Positions 25,401 to 36,100 of a stretch of 64,000 nt of DNA are shown here, in pieces. The translations under genes were made by a program, and so were the position numbers. The notes under the pieces are model-generated. The model was given only the letters and a program-made list of their open reading frames with translations, was not told where the DNA came from and did no database searches. The DNA lies in IMG/VR virus record IMGVR_UViG_3300011008_000041, positions 8,097 to 72,096 of that record, one strand, 5' to 3'. Positions within the stretch are counted from its first letter, which is position 1. The number at the start of each line of letters is the position of its first letter. This DNA is from a virus. Its lineage: Duplodnaviria; Caudoviricetes.

Positions 25401-28400
25401 GTGATGGTGTCGATATCCTCCAGGTTGTAGGAGAAAACGAGAGCGCCCTCGTTGTTGATACCAAGGGCGGTATCGAAGTCGTAGGGGAGCCAGCACCATT
25501 TATCGCCGCTGAGCTGGGACGGGAAAGCGTTCTTTGCGCGGCTGTCGACCATCAGGAAGAGCTCGGTGAACAGGTAGTAGAAAATCGTACTGTCCATCTC
25601 CATATGATCTGCGGCCTCGGCCTTAAACTTCGCCAGCCGGTACGCCGCTGTATCATTGGTGTAGGTAACGGCATCATCGCCGGTTCCGTAGGTAACAGCG
25701 CTCGGCAAGGCGTTGCCGGTCGCCGCGCTCTGATCGGTGGATTTCAGCCACGTTGCTAGTGCAGAGAGCTTTGTTGCGTCGGTATAGGCCGGGTCGGTAT
25801 CAGGGTAGCGAGCCTCGAAGTCATTGAGCCATCCATCCCCCGTGTAATCATCACTCTTCCAGAGTACGCGATCGCTGGTGTTGTTCTTGATCTCCCACGA
25901 CTCGTCGCCGGAAATAAATCCGAACACTTCTTCGGTGCCCTTATCATTATTGAAGTTGTATTTGCCGAGGAACGTTGTGGTTTCGCCGTTGCTCCAGAAG
26001 ATGACGCACGGGAAGCCGTCGATGCCTTGCCTGACGGCACTGTTCTGCTCCTGTGGCGGCGTCTTGTACGGACAGGCGTCGTTGTAGAGGATCGCCAGCT
26101 CGACGTTGTTAGCGCCCTCAGAGCTTGCCACGTCAGCTTTCATACAAAAAGCGTTGGTAGCAATAGCGCCCGGGCGCAGGGAGTATGCGCTTGCCAGAGT
26201 GCCGCTGTTCAGCAGGAAGCCGCCCTTGAATTTCAACTTATAGTTCTTCCGGGCGTAGTACTGCGAGGACGTACCTTGGACATCAGCCTGGACATTCGTG
26301 GCCGTGAAGCTCTTGGAGGGAGTGACCGGGTCAACATAGGTAACAGCTACCGTCCGTTTATCGCCCTTGTACTGCGGGAGCTCGTCGCACTCGATTATCA
26401 TGTAAGGAAGATCGCTGGGAAGCTGTGCGATCACCACATTCCCATAGGCATCGTAGATGCTGTTGCGGTTATACCGCGCAATCATGTCATCCACGTTCTG
26501 GCTGTCGGCAATCCAGTTTTCAAGCACCTGATAGCGAGTCAGGTCGTTGTCATAGATGCGAATGCGGTACACGTCGATGGTGCAGTCATTGGAGCCGATG
26601 GAAATGCCGACCGGGGTGGTCTGTGCGAAGTCATCCGAGGCCGGATACTGAACCACGCCGCTCATGATGCCGTTCACATAGATATACAGCAGGCGGTTTT
26701 CGCTGCGCTTCTCAGCCACGAAAGCCAGCCGGACGTGCTCGTTCTCCTTATACTGCATGCTGATCTCCGACTGCTCGGAGGTCAGCGTCGCTTTCTGTGC
26801 CGTCATGGACAGGCCACGACCACCGGAGAGACAGGACAGGATCACGGCATCGTAATTCATGACGTCCCGCGTGGCAAATTCGACCTCGATGGTCTTGCCG
26901 GTTCCGCGGAAGTCGGAGCCGAAGATCTGATAGGGAATCGTGACGCGGGCGTCGCCCGCCACACGCAGGACGGTAACGCCGTCCTCGTCAAGCAGCCAGC
27001 CGTCCGAGGAGAAGTTGAAGCCCGTCATGGTGGCAGCAATGTTGTTGTCGCCGTCCGTCCATGTGCCGGGATTTGCCTCGTTGTTACTGCGTCCCACACT
27101 GGACAGATGAAGCACAAGGTTCTGGGTTTCAGCTTCTACGTTGATATCGCTCTCGGTGATCGTTACCGTGATGGTCTTCCGCGCGGTTCCGGATGCAATA
27201 ACAACCGTCAGGCTCCCCGCCGTGTCTGCGCGATATGCGAACACCTGTTCCGTGCGGTCTACCGTCTGCTGGGAGACCTGAGAACCGTTCACAGAGATCG
27301 TTGCAACCGCCGTCAAGGACGTTGGATCATACACGGTATATCCGATGTTCAGCGTACTGTACTGGATTGCTGTGCTCTTGTTGAACGAGGATACGATGAT
27401 CGGAGTATTGTTCAGCGCTTCAAGGCAGATGATCTCGTAATACAGGTGGTTGGACTCAACCGACTCACCGTTGATTACGCAGTCGAAATAGCACTCAAGG
27501 GTGTGCGCTCCGTGGGACTGCTGCGGGATCGTGTAGGTCATCTGTCTGCCGGATACCGAGGTTGACGCGGTTCCGATCTCCCTGCCGTCCAGCAGGAAGC
27601 GCACTGTCTTCTGCACCTCGCCAACCGGCGTGTACGGGAAGCTGATCGCGCCCTGATACGGCGTGGAGGCGTCAAAGGTCGAGCTGATCGAAACAGCGAC
27701 CACCGTAACGGAGAAGTTGATGGTCCGGCTGTTGTCGTATACGTCGCTGATTGTGACCTTGATCACGTTGGCGCCGGAGGAACAGTATGCAGCAAGGTCG
27801 ATGTTGACCGTGCCCTGCTGGATGTTCAGCATGGCCTTGACCGCGCCGTTTACGGTGATCTTCGCCGTTCCGTCACCCGTGGGCATACCGTCCTCCTCGG
27901 AGGACCAGACAACCGTGATGGGAGCTGTGCCATCCTCGGCAATGGTCTTCGAGAGCCAGCCGGTGTTGTTGGTGACGCTGAGGGACGCGGTATTCCCGGA
28001 TGACCCGCCGCCACCACCGCCAGAGCCCGAGAAGGGGCCAAGAGGACCGGCCACGACTTCGCCATTCGACGTCAGATAGAGGTAACCGTTATCGACATAG
28101 GCATCATCGACCTTGCCCTCGATCACCAGCTGCATAGCCGCGTCGCTGCGCCGAAGGGCGGCAACAGCGTTATTCAGTTCGGCAACCTCGTTCTCCGCGT
28201 TGTTTGCCGCGGACAACGCCTGTGCTGCCTTGGTATTTGCGTCAGTCGTGATGTTGGCGATTGCCTGCGCCTTCTCATCGATCTGCTCAATGGCATCGTC
28301 AATCTTCTGATCGAGAGACGTTTCTTTTCTCTCGATATAGACAATGGCGGCATTCTTTGCCGCTACAGCATCGTCCGCAGAGCCCTCCGCGTTTGATGCA

Positions 28401-28891
28401 GCTGTCTCCGCACGGGTAGTCAGCGCCGCGATATCCGCGACCGCGTCCTCTGCCTGCTGACCAGCGGCAATGATTTCGGCGGAATTATCCAGCACGTTCA
28501 CGAGCTCGCGGATGACGGACTCCGACGCGAGGGTATCCTTATCCAGCGCGGCGCGTTCGATATGCAGGACGAAATTGGCGGTGTTCAGCTCCTTCCCGTT
28601 GTTGAACAGGGTGAGTTCAAAAACGCCGTGCCCCGCAGCCGCCGTCATCTGCTGATCACCGGTAACGGTGACTATGGCGTTGGCCACATCCACCGTGGCA
28701 TTGACGGAATACCCGTTGCCATCCGGCTTTGTGCCTCGGATTTGAGCCGTGGTTCCACTCTGGATTGTGAAATTCCCCTGACGGGAAACCAAATGAATAC
28801 GGAGGCTGAAATCACTGTCGTACTGATTCAGCCTCCGCTCCACTTTCGCCCCGCCCGGAACCATGTCCAGGTCAAATGCGTGAATGATCAT
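22466..28891 (-). CDS. giant tail adhesin / receptor-binding protein, DGR target (BppU-N, CotH-kinase-like, LRR-like, InlB-B-like repeats, C-type lectin fold)
   Basis: 2141 aa. BppU-like N-terminus; GKYNFNNDKG, VDSRAKN, PYDFDTALG; YSFVGWN/SFQGWTP repeats; C-terminal ALNVGG...LGSRL in VR. Confidence 0.85.
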   Translation of the reverse strand: MIIHAFDLDMVPGGAKVERRLNQYDSDFSLRIHLVSRQGNFTIQSGTTAQIRGTKPDGNGYSVNATVDVANAIVTVTGDQQMTAAAGHGVFELTLFNNGKELNTANFVLHIERAALDKDTLASESVIRELVNVLDNSAEIIAAGQQAEDAVADIAALTTRAETAASNAEGSADDAVAAKNAAIVYIERKETSLDQKIDDAIEQIDEKAQAIANITTDANTKAAQALSAANNAENEVAELNNAVAALRRSDAAMQLVIEGKVDDAYVDNGYLYLTSNGEVVAGPLGPFSGSGGGGGGSSGNTASLSVTNNTGWLSKTIAEDGTAPITVVWSSEEDGMPTGDGTAKITVNGAVKAMLNIQQGTVNIDLAAYCSSGANVIKVTISDVYDNSRTINFSVTVVAVSISSTFDASTPYQGAISFPYTPVGEVQKTVRFLLDGREIGTASTSVSGRQMTYTIPQQSHGAHTLECYFDCVINGESVESNHLYYEIICLEALNNTPIIVSSFNKSTAIQYSTLNIGYTVYDPTSLTAVATISVNGSQVSQQTVDRTEQVFAYRADTAGSLTVVIASGTARKTITVTITESDINVEAETQNLVLHLSSVGRSNNEANPGTWTDGDNNIAATMTGFNFSSDGWLLDEDGVTVLRVAGDARVTIPYQIFGSDFRGTGKTIEVEFATRDVMNYDAVILSCLSGGRGLSMTAQKATLTSEQSEISMQYKENEHVRLAFVAEKRSENRLLYIYVNGIMSGVVQYPASDDFAQTTPVGISIGSNDCTIDVYRIRIYDNDLTRYQVLENWIADSQNVDDMIARYNRNSIYDAYGNVVIAQLPSDLPYMIIECDELPQYKGDKRTVAVTYVDPVTPSKSFTATNVQADVQGTSSQYYARKNYKLKFKGGFLLNSGTLASAYSLRPGAIATNAFCMKADVASSEGANNVELAILYNDACPYKTPPQEQNSAVRQGIDGFPCVIFWSNGETTTFLGKYNFNNDKGTEEVFGFISGDESWEIKNNTSDRVLWKSDDYTGDGWLNDFEARYPDTDPAYTDATKLSALATWLKSTDQSAATGNALPSAVTYGTGDDAVTYTNDTAAYRLAKFKAEAADHMEMDSTIFYYLFTELFLMVDSRAKNAFPSQLSGDKWCWLPYDFDTALGINNEGALVFSYNLEDIDTITGGADVFNGQQSVLWINMRQAFYDEIKAMYQTLRSSGALSYARVETAFEEHQEKWGEAVFNEDAWFKYLAPLVEDGSGAYLAMLQGSKAEQRKWWLYNRFRYIDSKYNAGDAQSDVIQLRGYAKSNITVTPYADVYASVKYGSYLVQTRATRNQAYTLICPLDNVNDTEIYIYSASQLAAVGDLSGLKVGFADFSMATKLQSIKLGDSSGSYSNGNLKELYLGNNTLLRTLDVRNCAGLGTGDMKSVDISGCANIENVYFDGTVITGIDLPNGGILKVLHLPSTITNLTIRNQTAIADFTIPSYSNISTLWLENVSSAVNSKAILNAIPAASRVRLIGLAWEAAGATEINALLDKLDVMRGLDEYGNNMDTAQVSGTIHTSSLTGAELAAINTRLEAYPYLSVTADHTTSYLTYKTYDGSSTLKTVTCIDGVPQESAPTAPTRSSTAQYSYSFVGWNTQQDQQTAESGCTTNVLEDRTVYAAYSWTVRTYTITWKNSDGTTLETDTNVPYGATPTYNGSTPQNPVSGGGSFQGWTPTVTTVTGNATYTASYIVTYTVYFYNGTTLLQTVTGVTSGGTANYTGETPVDPNGGTFIGWNPSNTNITANTSCYAQFKAASNVEVPTATSADGAYGVEWNYANSSPALTRLGLAASFSDPSPATSLAGSGSSPFDNILPWSGMKRYNVIDGAISYSEDDAGFSETDYDTVVYIPEFYYTAYKDTANSKWMWAISPTAKTGFVKHPGSGRYIGRFHTSGDSSAVYSKSGAALLVNTTRTNFRTYSHNKGTNWYMLDIASWSALQMLYLVEFANFHSQNTLGTGWNTGSISNCGGTTGAAYHTLKLNGAHNQYRWVEDPFSNVRDWVDGFMASSRAVYTSLDNASFADNKSALVETGITLPSSQYITGFGYSEECPYAFIPDAASGGSASTYVPDYVNSKTGDQALNVGGVYLSDDNFGFFFFSAYYAASYTSAFLGSRLLYIP
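22483..22614 (-). repeat. DGR variable repeat (VR) in the 3' end of the tail adhesin
   Basis: 15 mismatches to TR, 14 of them at TR adenines. Confidence 0.95.
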
Positions 28892-28909
28892 GTCGTATCA
28901 CTCCAATCC

Positions 28910-29263
28910 TTATGTAGTCTCACGAGCCGCCCGCTCGAAGTTGATGAAGAAGTTGGCGGTATTGAGTTCCTTGCCGCTATGGGTAAGCGTCAGCTCGAAA
29001 ACGCCCTGCCCGGCCGCAGACGTCATATCCGCGTCTCCGACTACGGTCACGGTCGTACCATTGAGCGTCGCGGCCTTTGTGTACGCCGTCCCGTCCGGCT
29101 TGGTGCCGTTGATTGCGACAGTGGTGCCGCTCTCGATCGTCAGCTCTCCCGTTCTGGCAAAGAGATTGAAGACAAGAGTGTAATTCTCGTCGTTCTGGCT
29201 CAGCCAAAGAGTTTTCGGCTGCTTATCGGGGACAACATCGAGATCCAGTGTGTGCGTAATCAT
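28910..29263 (-). CDS. stand-alone BppU N-terminal-domain protein
   Basis: Paralogous to the first ~120 aa of the adhesin (GTKPDG, FELTL, ELNTANF). Confidence 0.8.
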   Translation of the reverse strand: MITHTLDLDVVPDKQPKTLWLSQNDENYTLVFNLFARTGELTIESGTTVAINGTKPDGTAYTKAATLNGTTVTVVGDADMTSAAGQGVFELTLTHSGKELNTANFFINFERAARETT

Positions 29264-29577
29264 GTCTCATCCTCCGTTTTCTCTCCCTCGGCGGGAGGCG
29301 TTTTCTTGAGTTTTTCCTGCCATCTTTCAAAGTCTCTCTGATACTCCACAGCTGCCGCCGCACGGAGCTGACGGAGAACATCGTCGATCACAGGAATGAT
29401 GCAGAAGTTCGGGAGCCCACACCTGTTGATGAGATCAACGAGCTTCTGGCTGAACTCTTCATATAGAACAGACGCTGGTTTGGGGATTGGCTTCGAGGTG
29501 GCATGAAGTGCACAGGCATTCATTTCGTCGCGAAGTTCCTCAACACTTCCGGTTCGTTCGATCTTATCAGCTTTCAT
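29260..29577 (-). CDS. hypothetical tail-module protein
   Basis: 105-aa ORF with overlapping start/stop. Confidence 0.6.
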   Translation of the reverse strand: MKADKIERTGSVEELRDEMNACALHATSKPIPKPASVLYEEFSQKLVDLINRCGLPNFCIIPVIDDVLRQLRAAAAVEYQRDFERWQEKLKKTPPAEGEKTEDET

Positions 29578-29785
29578 CTTGACTTTCCCCTCCCGGCTTG
29601 AAATATTGGCTCATTGGCTCTGCGTTGGATACCTCTGCTTGTACATCCAGCACCTCAGTTTCCACCTCGTCTTCGATCTTGTAGACGGAATAGCCCTGCA
29701 AGGTATATTTAGGGATATGATGAGCCTGGATATACCGCGAAATACCGTTCTTTTCTGCTCTGTAAGAAACCATCTCTCCCTCCAT
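29567..29785 (-). CDS. hypothetical tail-module protein
   Basis: 72-aa ORF. Confidence 0.55.
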   Translation of the reverse strand: MEGEMVSYRAEKNGISRYIQAHHIPKYTLQGYSVYKIEDEVETEVLDVQAEVSNAEPMSQYFKPGGESQDES

Positions 29786-29788
29786 TCC

Positions 29789-32428
29789 TTAACTTATGTC
29801 ACTTATCATAAGGCCGTTTTTGAAATATATTGTCCAGTTAGTCCATGACATTGATCCGTCACTATTCGATCTCAAATCTGTGCAGAATGTTAAATGACCC
29901 GAACCGCCCTCATCTCCAGTAAAACTTCCGCCATCCTGATATGATCCGGTGAGCAAATGCGGAGTCATAAGACAGAGACAACCTTTTCCAGCTACGCGAG
30001 TACCGTATACGCCTTGATACGTACCGCCGCCGTTCCAATAGTTATTGAAATCAATATAGCCGGTCTTAGTCCCGTATCCTCCACTGAACTGTGCATCTGC
30101 TATCTCGCCATATAGCGACCCTGACGAATTCTTGATTGTCGCGCTTCTTGCGACAAGATTGCCGCTTGCATCAACCGAAAACGGGTAAACCCCGTTTGTC
30201 GGAGTCCCATTTCGAATGGCGATAGACGTCATAGTTCCGGTTCCGATGTACGTTGCATTGATGTACAATTTCCCATCATTGAGGTAAATACCTTGTGTCT
30301 GACCGTTGTTGGTCAGGCGGTTAAATACCTTTTGTTGTGTGAGCGTGTCATCGTAACTATCAACTGCATCATCTATCGCAGAGGCGTAGTCTGTTTGTTT
30401 CGACCATGCCGAGCCGGTCCATTTATAGGTGCATCCAGTATAGCTGTCAACCAAGTAGTCACCGGTCTCGGCTGCGGTGAACCTTGTCCACGTCGGCGTA
30501 GAAACATCAGTGCAGATGTATGTATAGCCGCTGTAATAACGAAAATCACCAACAGCAAGCGCTTTTGTCGTACTGTTCGGAGTGTAGTTGCTGGCTGATC
30601 CCGTTCGATATGTACCGTAAAAAATCGTAGATTTTCCGTCCGCGAGATCAAACAGGTTATCAGACGTGGAGGAGTATGCCGACCACACGGGTGAGCCAGA
30701 ATTGTAATTGTACTGATATACACCTTGCGGCTTTATCGTGACACCACCCACAGTAATACTTGACGTTCCGGTATAGAGCCAGAGATCTCCGTCGTGCTTC
30801 TGCCGTATTGCGTTGGTCGTCCACGCGGAAGCCGGATTTGTGCTTTGCGCCCAGGTCTCGACCTTTGCATCGATCTGCGTTTCCAGCGTTGTTTGAAGGG
30901 CGCTTGTTGCATCAGAAATGAGTGAGGGGATGGTGTCAGTCGTTCCGGAAGCCCCAATTTTGGTATTTGACGCAAGCCGGAACTCGCCGGTCTCCATATC
31001 CCAATAGTTCGTGCCAAGAACATCCTGCAGAACGCCGGCGCGAACCAGGTTGGCGTCCAGAACACCCGTTCCGATGAAGTTCGCAGAAAAAACACCGTCA
31101 ATGGTCCAGCCTGTGTTATAGGTCACGCCGCCATTCGTTGAAAACGCGATGCCGTTCTTATTGAACCGCATGATGTTGGTGGCAGTATCCTCGCTTTGGG
31201 TGTCCATAATGAGCATTTCTTCCGGGAGTCCGTCCGCATTGTAGTTGAACACAATGTAGCCGCCCTTGCCGCCTGTGATCTTCTCAGTCACATAGTTGAT
31301 ATAGGCCTCCAACATACTTTTGGAGTCTTTGATCTTCTGATTGGTGATTTCACTCTGAGCGACAATAGTTTTCGCAAGAGTTGACCTCGTGTTTCCGATG
31401 TCAATCGAGCGATACCTTTCACGGAGAACATCAAACACGGTTTTCACAACTTTCGCCTGTGCTGAAATACCAAGTTTCTCGAACACCACCGTTACAGTAT
31501 CGCAAAGGTTTACTCTCTCAAGATTTGCCGTGTTCGCATACTCCGCTGACTGCCAAAGCGAAATAAATGCCATGTTGATGGTCACATCCGGAACACCTAT
31601 GTTGTTTGTGCTGATATAGTTGTTCCCCGCTTCACGCAGTTGAGTATCAGTAGGCTCTTCCTCGAAGTCGTCAGAGAAATCTACAGGCACCGTTCTCTTA
31701 TAAGGGAAATTGCCGGCCCGACTGCTCCATAGGACTTTCTCGGGCAATGTCTTACAATCACCTGTTCCGCGGTCTACCCAATATGGGCATATACCTGTGA
31801 TCGTATTTGCTATATTCTCTTCTTGTTTGAGATCGGTGATATTCTTTCCGTACCGCAGGACAACGCCCCGATCCACGCCGCGGTTGACATGGGCCTTGAC
31901 AACATATTTATCGAATTCGTACTCTGCCGTTCCGAAAGCATCAAGCAACGACCCTTCCTGCCCGCCAAGTAGCGAGCGAAAAGAGGTAGGAACCGAAACC
32001 TCAAATTCTCCGGTGGTTGTTTTATCGGTCCAGACTGTGAACGGACAGGTTTCGGCGGCGTTATTCACAAGGCCGGAAAGGGCTGCTGTAAAACTACGCG
32101 CCGAAAACGGCATAACCGGGATGTGTGAGAGCTGATAACTGATATGCCGGGCATAGATCATGCAACGTCCATTCAACGGTTTGCTGATTCGATATATCCG
32201 AAACGGCTGAGGATCCTTCCCGTCTGCCGGCTTCGCATAGATGATACGTGAATGAGAAATATCGCCCCAATGGATACCGTCAACGGGATATTCAAGTTCC
32301 AATTCATATTGGCCGTTTCGTTCCTCGGTGACGATACAATCAAGAGCCCCGGACAACCGTCCGAGGCCCTGCGTCGTAAAAGATGTTTCATTTTCAGGGT
32401 AAAGAATCGGGATCATAGTGTCCACCAC
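29789..32428 (-). CDS. tail endopeptidase-like (Tal) minor structural protein
   Basis: CIVTEERNGQYELELEYP, LRYGKNITDLKQE, VNLCDTVTV motifs; follows Dit. Confidence 0.85.
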   Translation of the reverse strand: MVDTMIPILYPENETSFTTQGLGRLSGALDCIVTEERNGQYELELEYPVDGIHWGDISHSRIIYAKPADGKDPQPFRIYRISKPLNGRCMIYARHISYQLSHIPVMPFSARSFTAALSGLVNNAAETCPFTVWTDKTTTGEFEVSVPTSFRSLLGGQEGSLLDAFGTAEYEFDKYVVKAHVNRGVDRGVVLRYGKNITDLKQEENIANTITGICPYWVDRGTGDCKTLPEKVLWSSRAGNFPYKRTVPVDFSDDFEEEPTDTQLREAGNNYISTNNIGVPDVTINMAFISLWQSAEYANTANLERVNLCDTVTVVFEKLGISAQAKVVKTVFDVLRERYRSIDIGNTRSTLAKTIVAQSEITNQKIKDSKSMLEAYINYVTEKITGGKGGYIVFNYNADGLPEEMLIMDTQSEDTATNIMRFNKNGIAFSTNGGVTYNTGWTIDGVFSANFIGTGVLDANLVRAGVLQDVLGTNYWDMETGEFRLASNTKIGASGTTDTIPSLISDATSALQTTLETQIDAKVETWAQSTNPASAWTTNAIRQKHDGDLWLYTGTSSITVGGVTIKPQGVYQYNYNSGSPVWSAYSSTSDNLFDLADGKSTIFYGTYRTGSASNYTPNSTTKALAVGDFRYYSGYTYICTDVSTPTWTRFTAAETGDYLVDSYTGCTYKWTGSAWSKQTDYASAIDDAVDSYDDTLTQQKVFNRLTNNGQTQGIYLNDGKLYINATYIGTGTMTSIAIRNGTPTNGVYPFSVDASGNLVARSATIKNSSGSLYGEIADAQFSGGYGTKTGYIDFNNYWNGGGTYQGVYGTRVAGKGCLCLMTPHLLTGSYQDGGSFTGDEGGSGHLTFCTDLRSNSDGSMSWTNWTIYFKNGLMISDIS

Positions 32429-33126
32429 CTTGGAGTGATTATCACCCTTGTAACCGAGCCACCCAGCGTTATGTTGTTGATGCCGGCTTTCAACGTCGGA
32501 TATTCGCTCCCGGAGAGGGTAATATAGCTGTTTGCGTTCGTGCTCCCGTAGTACGCATCTTGAATATCACAGTCCAGATCGATGTAACTCAGACTGGAAT
32601 GCTGGGCGATTGTTATGGTGTCGCTCCCGATTTTAAGCGTTCCATACCCGTAGACGCGGAGAAGCGGCTTCGCTGGGTAAAGCGTCGGATTTGTGATATT
32701 TCCACTTGCTGTCAGCGTGGTGGTGGTATTGCCGGCAGTCAGAAACCTTTGAGGCTTGCAGTTGAATTCCACTTTGAATTTACCTGCTCGCTGTGCGACA
32801 AGCATTTCAGGATCCAGCCCGTTAATCGGCATGCCGAGCCTGTATTCACCGGGATGGTAAGAGTCTTCTATTCGGCAATATCCGGTATGACTCAACAGCC
32901 ATGCCCGGAATTCATCCATTTGATCGTCGTCATTCACAAGGCCACATTCATATGAGACAACAACATTCTCATACCGCCCTTCGTCAAAAAGCACGTCGCC
33001 ATTCTTTCCTGGGACAGATATGGATTCATAAACACGGGCAGGGGCGTTGTATGCCCCCGCCTTCGATATAAGGACGCCGTATGCCGTCGATCTTACATAG
33101 TCCAGAGCAAAGTAATTCACGCCCAT
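32413..33126 (-). CDS. distal tail protein (Dit)
   Basis: SVPGKNGDVL, FNCKPQRF, TPRWWTL; follows the tape measure gene. Confidence 0.85.
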   Translation of the reverse strand: MGVNYFALDYVRSTAYGVLISKAGAYNAPARVYESISVPGKNGDVLFDEGRYENVVVSYECGLVNDDDQMDEFRAWLLSHTGYCRIEDSYHPGEYRLGMPINGLDPEMLVAQRAGKFKVEFNCKPQRFLTAGNTTTTLTASGNITNPTLYPAKPLLRVYGYGTLKIGSDTITIAQHSSLSYIDLDCDIQDAYYGSTNANSYITLSGSEYPTLKAGINNITLGGSVTRVIITPRWWTL

Positions 33127-36100
33127 GCCGCATCCTCCTTCCCGACGTTATCATTGATTAAAGCAGCAAGCTCTTGAGCAAGTACACGTTCATCCTGACC
33201 CTCTCTGGGGTATACATTGATGATCGTGTCGCCTCTGGTGATTGTTGTAGTGCTGGAGGCGTTTTCTTTTTCGCTCGGAGATTTAACGTATGTAGCCGTC
33301 AGGTCTCGGTCGTTTATGGATGTCATCTTGTCGGAAATATCATTCTTCACATCTACATCCATAGCCGACTCGACCACTGACTGCATCTTATCCTCCAACG
33401 CCTTGCGCCGGTTCTCAATGCCGACGATCATGCCCTCGCCGACGTACTCAAAGATTTCCGTGGTCTTCTTCGATGGCGAGGCCACCGCCGCCGCAGCTCG
33501 CGCCCGTGCAATCGCGCTATTTACGACATAGCTGATTGCGTAATACAGAGAGCCGGAGGCCCCGTATATGCCGTTGGTCATGCCATAGACGATTTGTGCG
33601 CCTATGTCGTACATGTAACTCGGCAAGGAACTTACGCCGCTCTCGATGGCACTTCGCAAAGAGTTTATCTGTTGTGCGGTCTTATCTACGATCTGACTAA
33701 ATTCAGAATCGAACGATTCAACAGCCCTTTTAGCGCCGTCCTCCATTTCTTGGTTGACATCGTCGGCCATATCCGTCACAGAGGAAACCACCGTGTCGGC
33801 GTCACCGTCGATACCCTCGACCAATCCTTCATCCAGGTTCCGGCCGATTTCTTCAAAGACCTTCGAAGGGGATTGCGTTTGGAAAGTAGACTTTGTACCG
33901 TCCGTGACTTCCTCTGCCATACTCTCGGCAGAACCGCGAGCGGTGTCAGTGCTACCTTCGATGCCCGTTGACAACCCAAGACCAAGGTTGTTGCCGATGG
34001 TTTCACCATCAAGACCGACGTTCGCAAACGCATCGTTGAAAGCCTGCGTGAAACCGTCAAAATTCACCGCCGCCGCTTCTGTTTCAAGGGCTGTGATGGT
34101 GTCGGTGAAATCAGTCTGTATTGCAGCTGCTGTCTCAGCAAAGGATTCTTTCGCCTGCTCTGTTTCCGCAAAGGAGGCATTGAAATCCTCGACAAACGCC
34201 GCTGCATCCGTGCTCATTCCCTCGGTGCTTCCACCAAGTTCTTCGATTTTGCCGATAATAACGGCAAGATATGCCGCTGACTCCGCAGAACCATCGGAGA
34301 GCGACGCCACAAGGCCGTCATCCAAGCCATACTGTCCGGCCAGTTTCAGATTCTCGGTGTATTCGGAAAGTGCCGCCGTCTGATCAGCCCAGCGCTGCAT
34401 CATTTCCTCGACAGTATCAACGTCCTCGCTGATTTCTGCCGCAAATTCACCGAACAAACCAACCTGTCCGCTGATGCTGGAATACGCAGAATCGTATGCA
34501 TCCTTGTACGCCTGGGCTAGTTCGTCGAGATCGTCCCGAATTTGCTGCACTGCAGCAGCATTGGTCGTTGTTGCTTCGGTGTGTTCATCAGTGGCTGCGG
34601 CCCCAGCTTCCTGGGCGGAGGTAAGGTTGTCGATAGCCTCCTCCATAAGAGCTATCTCTTCCTCTGCTGCGGAAACGGCATCTGTATCGTCTTCGATTGC
34701 CTCCTGGTAATTCTCTACGGTATCTTCCGCTGTAATTACCTGGTCATTCAGCGATCCAAGAGAATTATAAAGATCCCAGTATTCTTGTGTAAGCCAGTCC
34801 GTGGCCCCTGTTAATTGCCCCGTTTCTTCATACCACTCGTCGGCTTTAACTTGTGCCTCGCCCATGATTTCGTCCATGCGCGCAATAGCATCATTCTGAG
34901 CCTGTTGAGCAGTCGCAAGGTCATCCTGGGCCTGAGTGAGTTTAATGCTGTTTTTTTCTGCTTCTATAAGGACGTCGGCGTGTTTTTCGATAAGTTCATT
35001 AAGGCGCTCTTGATAAGCCTGCTGTTCGGCATTTTTCTTCCACGCTTCGGTATTCGCACGCAAAGCCTCCGTACCGCCGTCAATACTGTCGGTTTCCAGA
35101 TCGATGTAACTAGACAGCTCCGGGATGAGATTGCACAGCATCACAAGCGTGTTGTGATACTCTTTCTGCTGCTCTTCCGTTTTCAGCCCCGTCGCTTCAA
35201 GTTCCTCGAGTTTTGTAATATATCTATCTGCAACATCCGCAACCGCTTGGGTATCCTCTAGGCTTTGGGATAAAGCCTCTCCCGAATCTTCGAGAGAGCC
35301 CTGCATCTCCTGAGCCGCTTCCGTGAGATCCTTTACAGAAGGCACAGCTCCGTCAGTGGTGGCAACAAGAACAGCTATCCCCGCAGATAAGGCGGCAATC
35401 GCGCTCACAGCAAGAAAAATCGGGTTTGTTTTGAGAATCGCTGTAAACAATCCGGCCGCAGCTGCCGCCAACTTTGTCACAGCTGTATAACCAACAATAG
35501 CCGCCGCCAGGACACCAATGGCAGTTGCAGCAGCCGTTATCGTTGGCACAAATGCATCACTTTTGGATATCGCATCTGCCATCCACGAAAGGCCATCTGT
35601 GGCCGCAGATGCAAGGTTCTTCAGAGTCGGCGTCAGCTTTTCACCGATCGCGATCTTTACCGCGTCGAACGCCGACTGCATAAGGGTGACCTGGCCCGTC
35701 AGGTTATCCATGCGGGTATCGGCCATCGTTTTGGCCGCTCCCGTACAATCCTCAATGGCAGAGGTCAGACTTGCATAGTCGGCTTCGGTAGTATTCAGAA
35801 TGGCGAGCAGTCCTGCATAGGCACGAGTGCCAACGAGGGCCTGCGCATTATTAACCTTCTCCGCTTCGGTCATCTGCCCGAAGTACAACTTGAGCTCGTC
35901 AAGCGTTTCGGAGAAGTCTTTCATGGTGCCATCGGAATTCTGTGCCGTCAGCGTGACCTCTCCAAAAGCAGCCGCCGAAAGTTTTACATCGCCAGTCAGC
36001 GCAGAGAACATATTTCGGAGCGATGTACCTGCCATGCTGCCTTTAATGCCGTTGTTCGCCATGAGGCCCATTGCAACAGCAACATCCTCGACGGAATAGC

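Noticed and set aside
22871-27565. Long plus-strand ORFs (962 aa, 512 aa) and similar antisense ORFs at 3055-5091 and 41131-42741
   Set aside because: They are shadow frames of GC-rich genuine minus-strand genes; no motifs or RBS.
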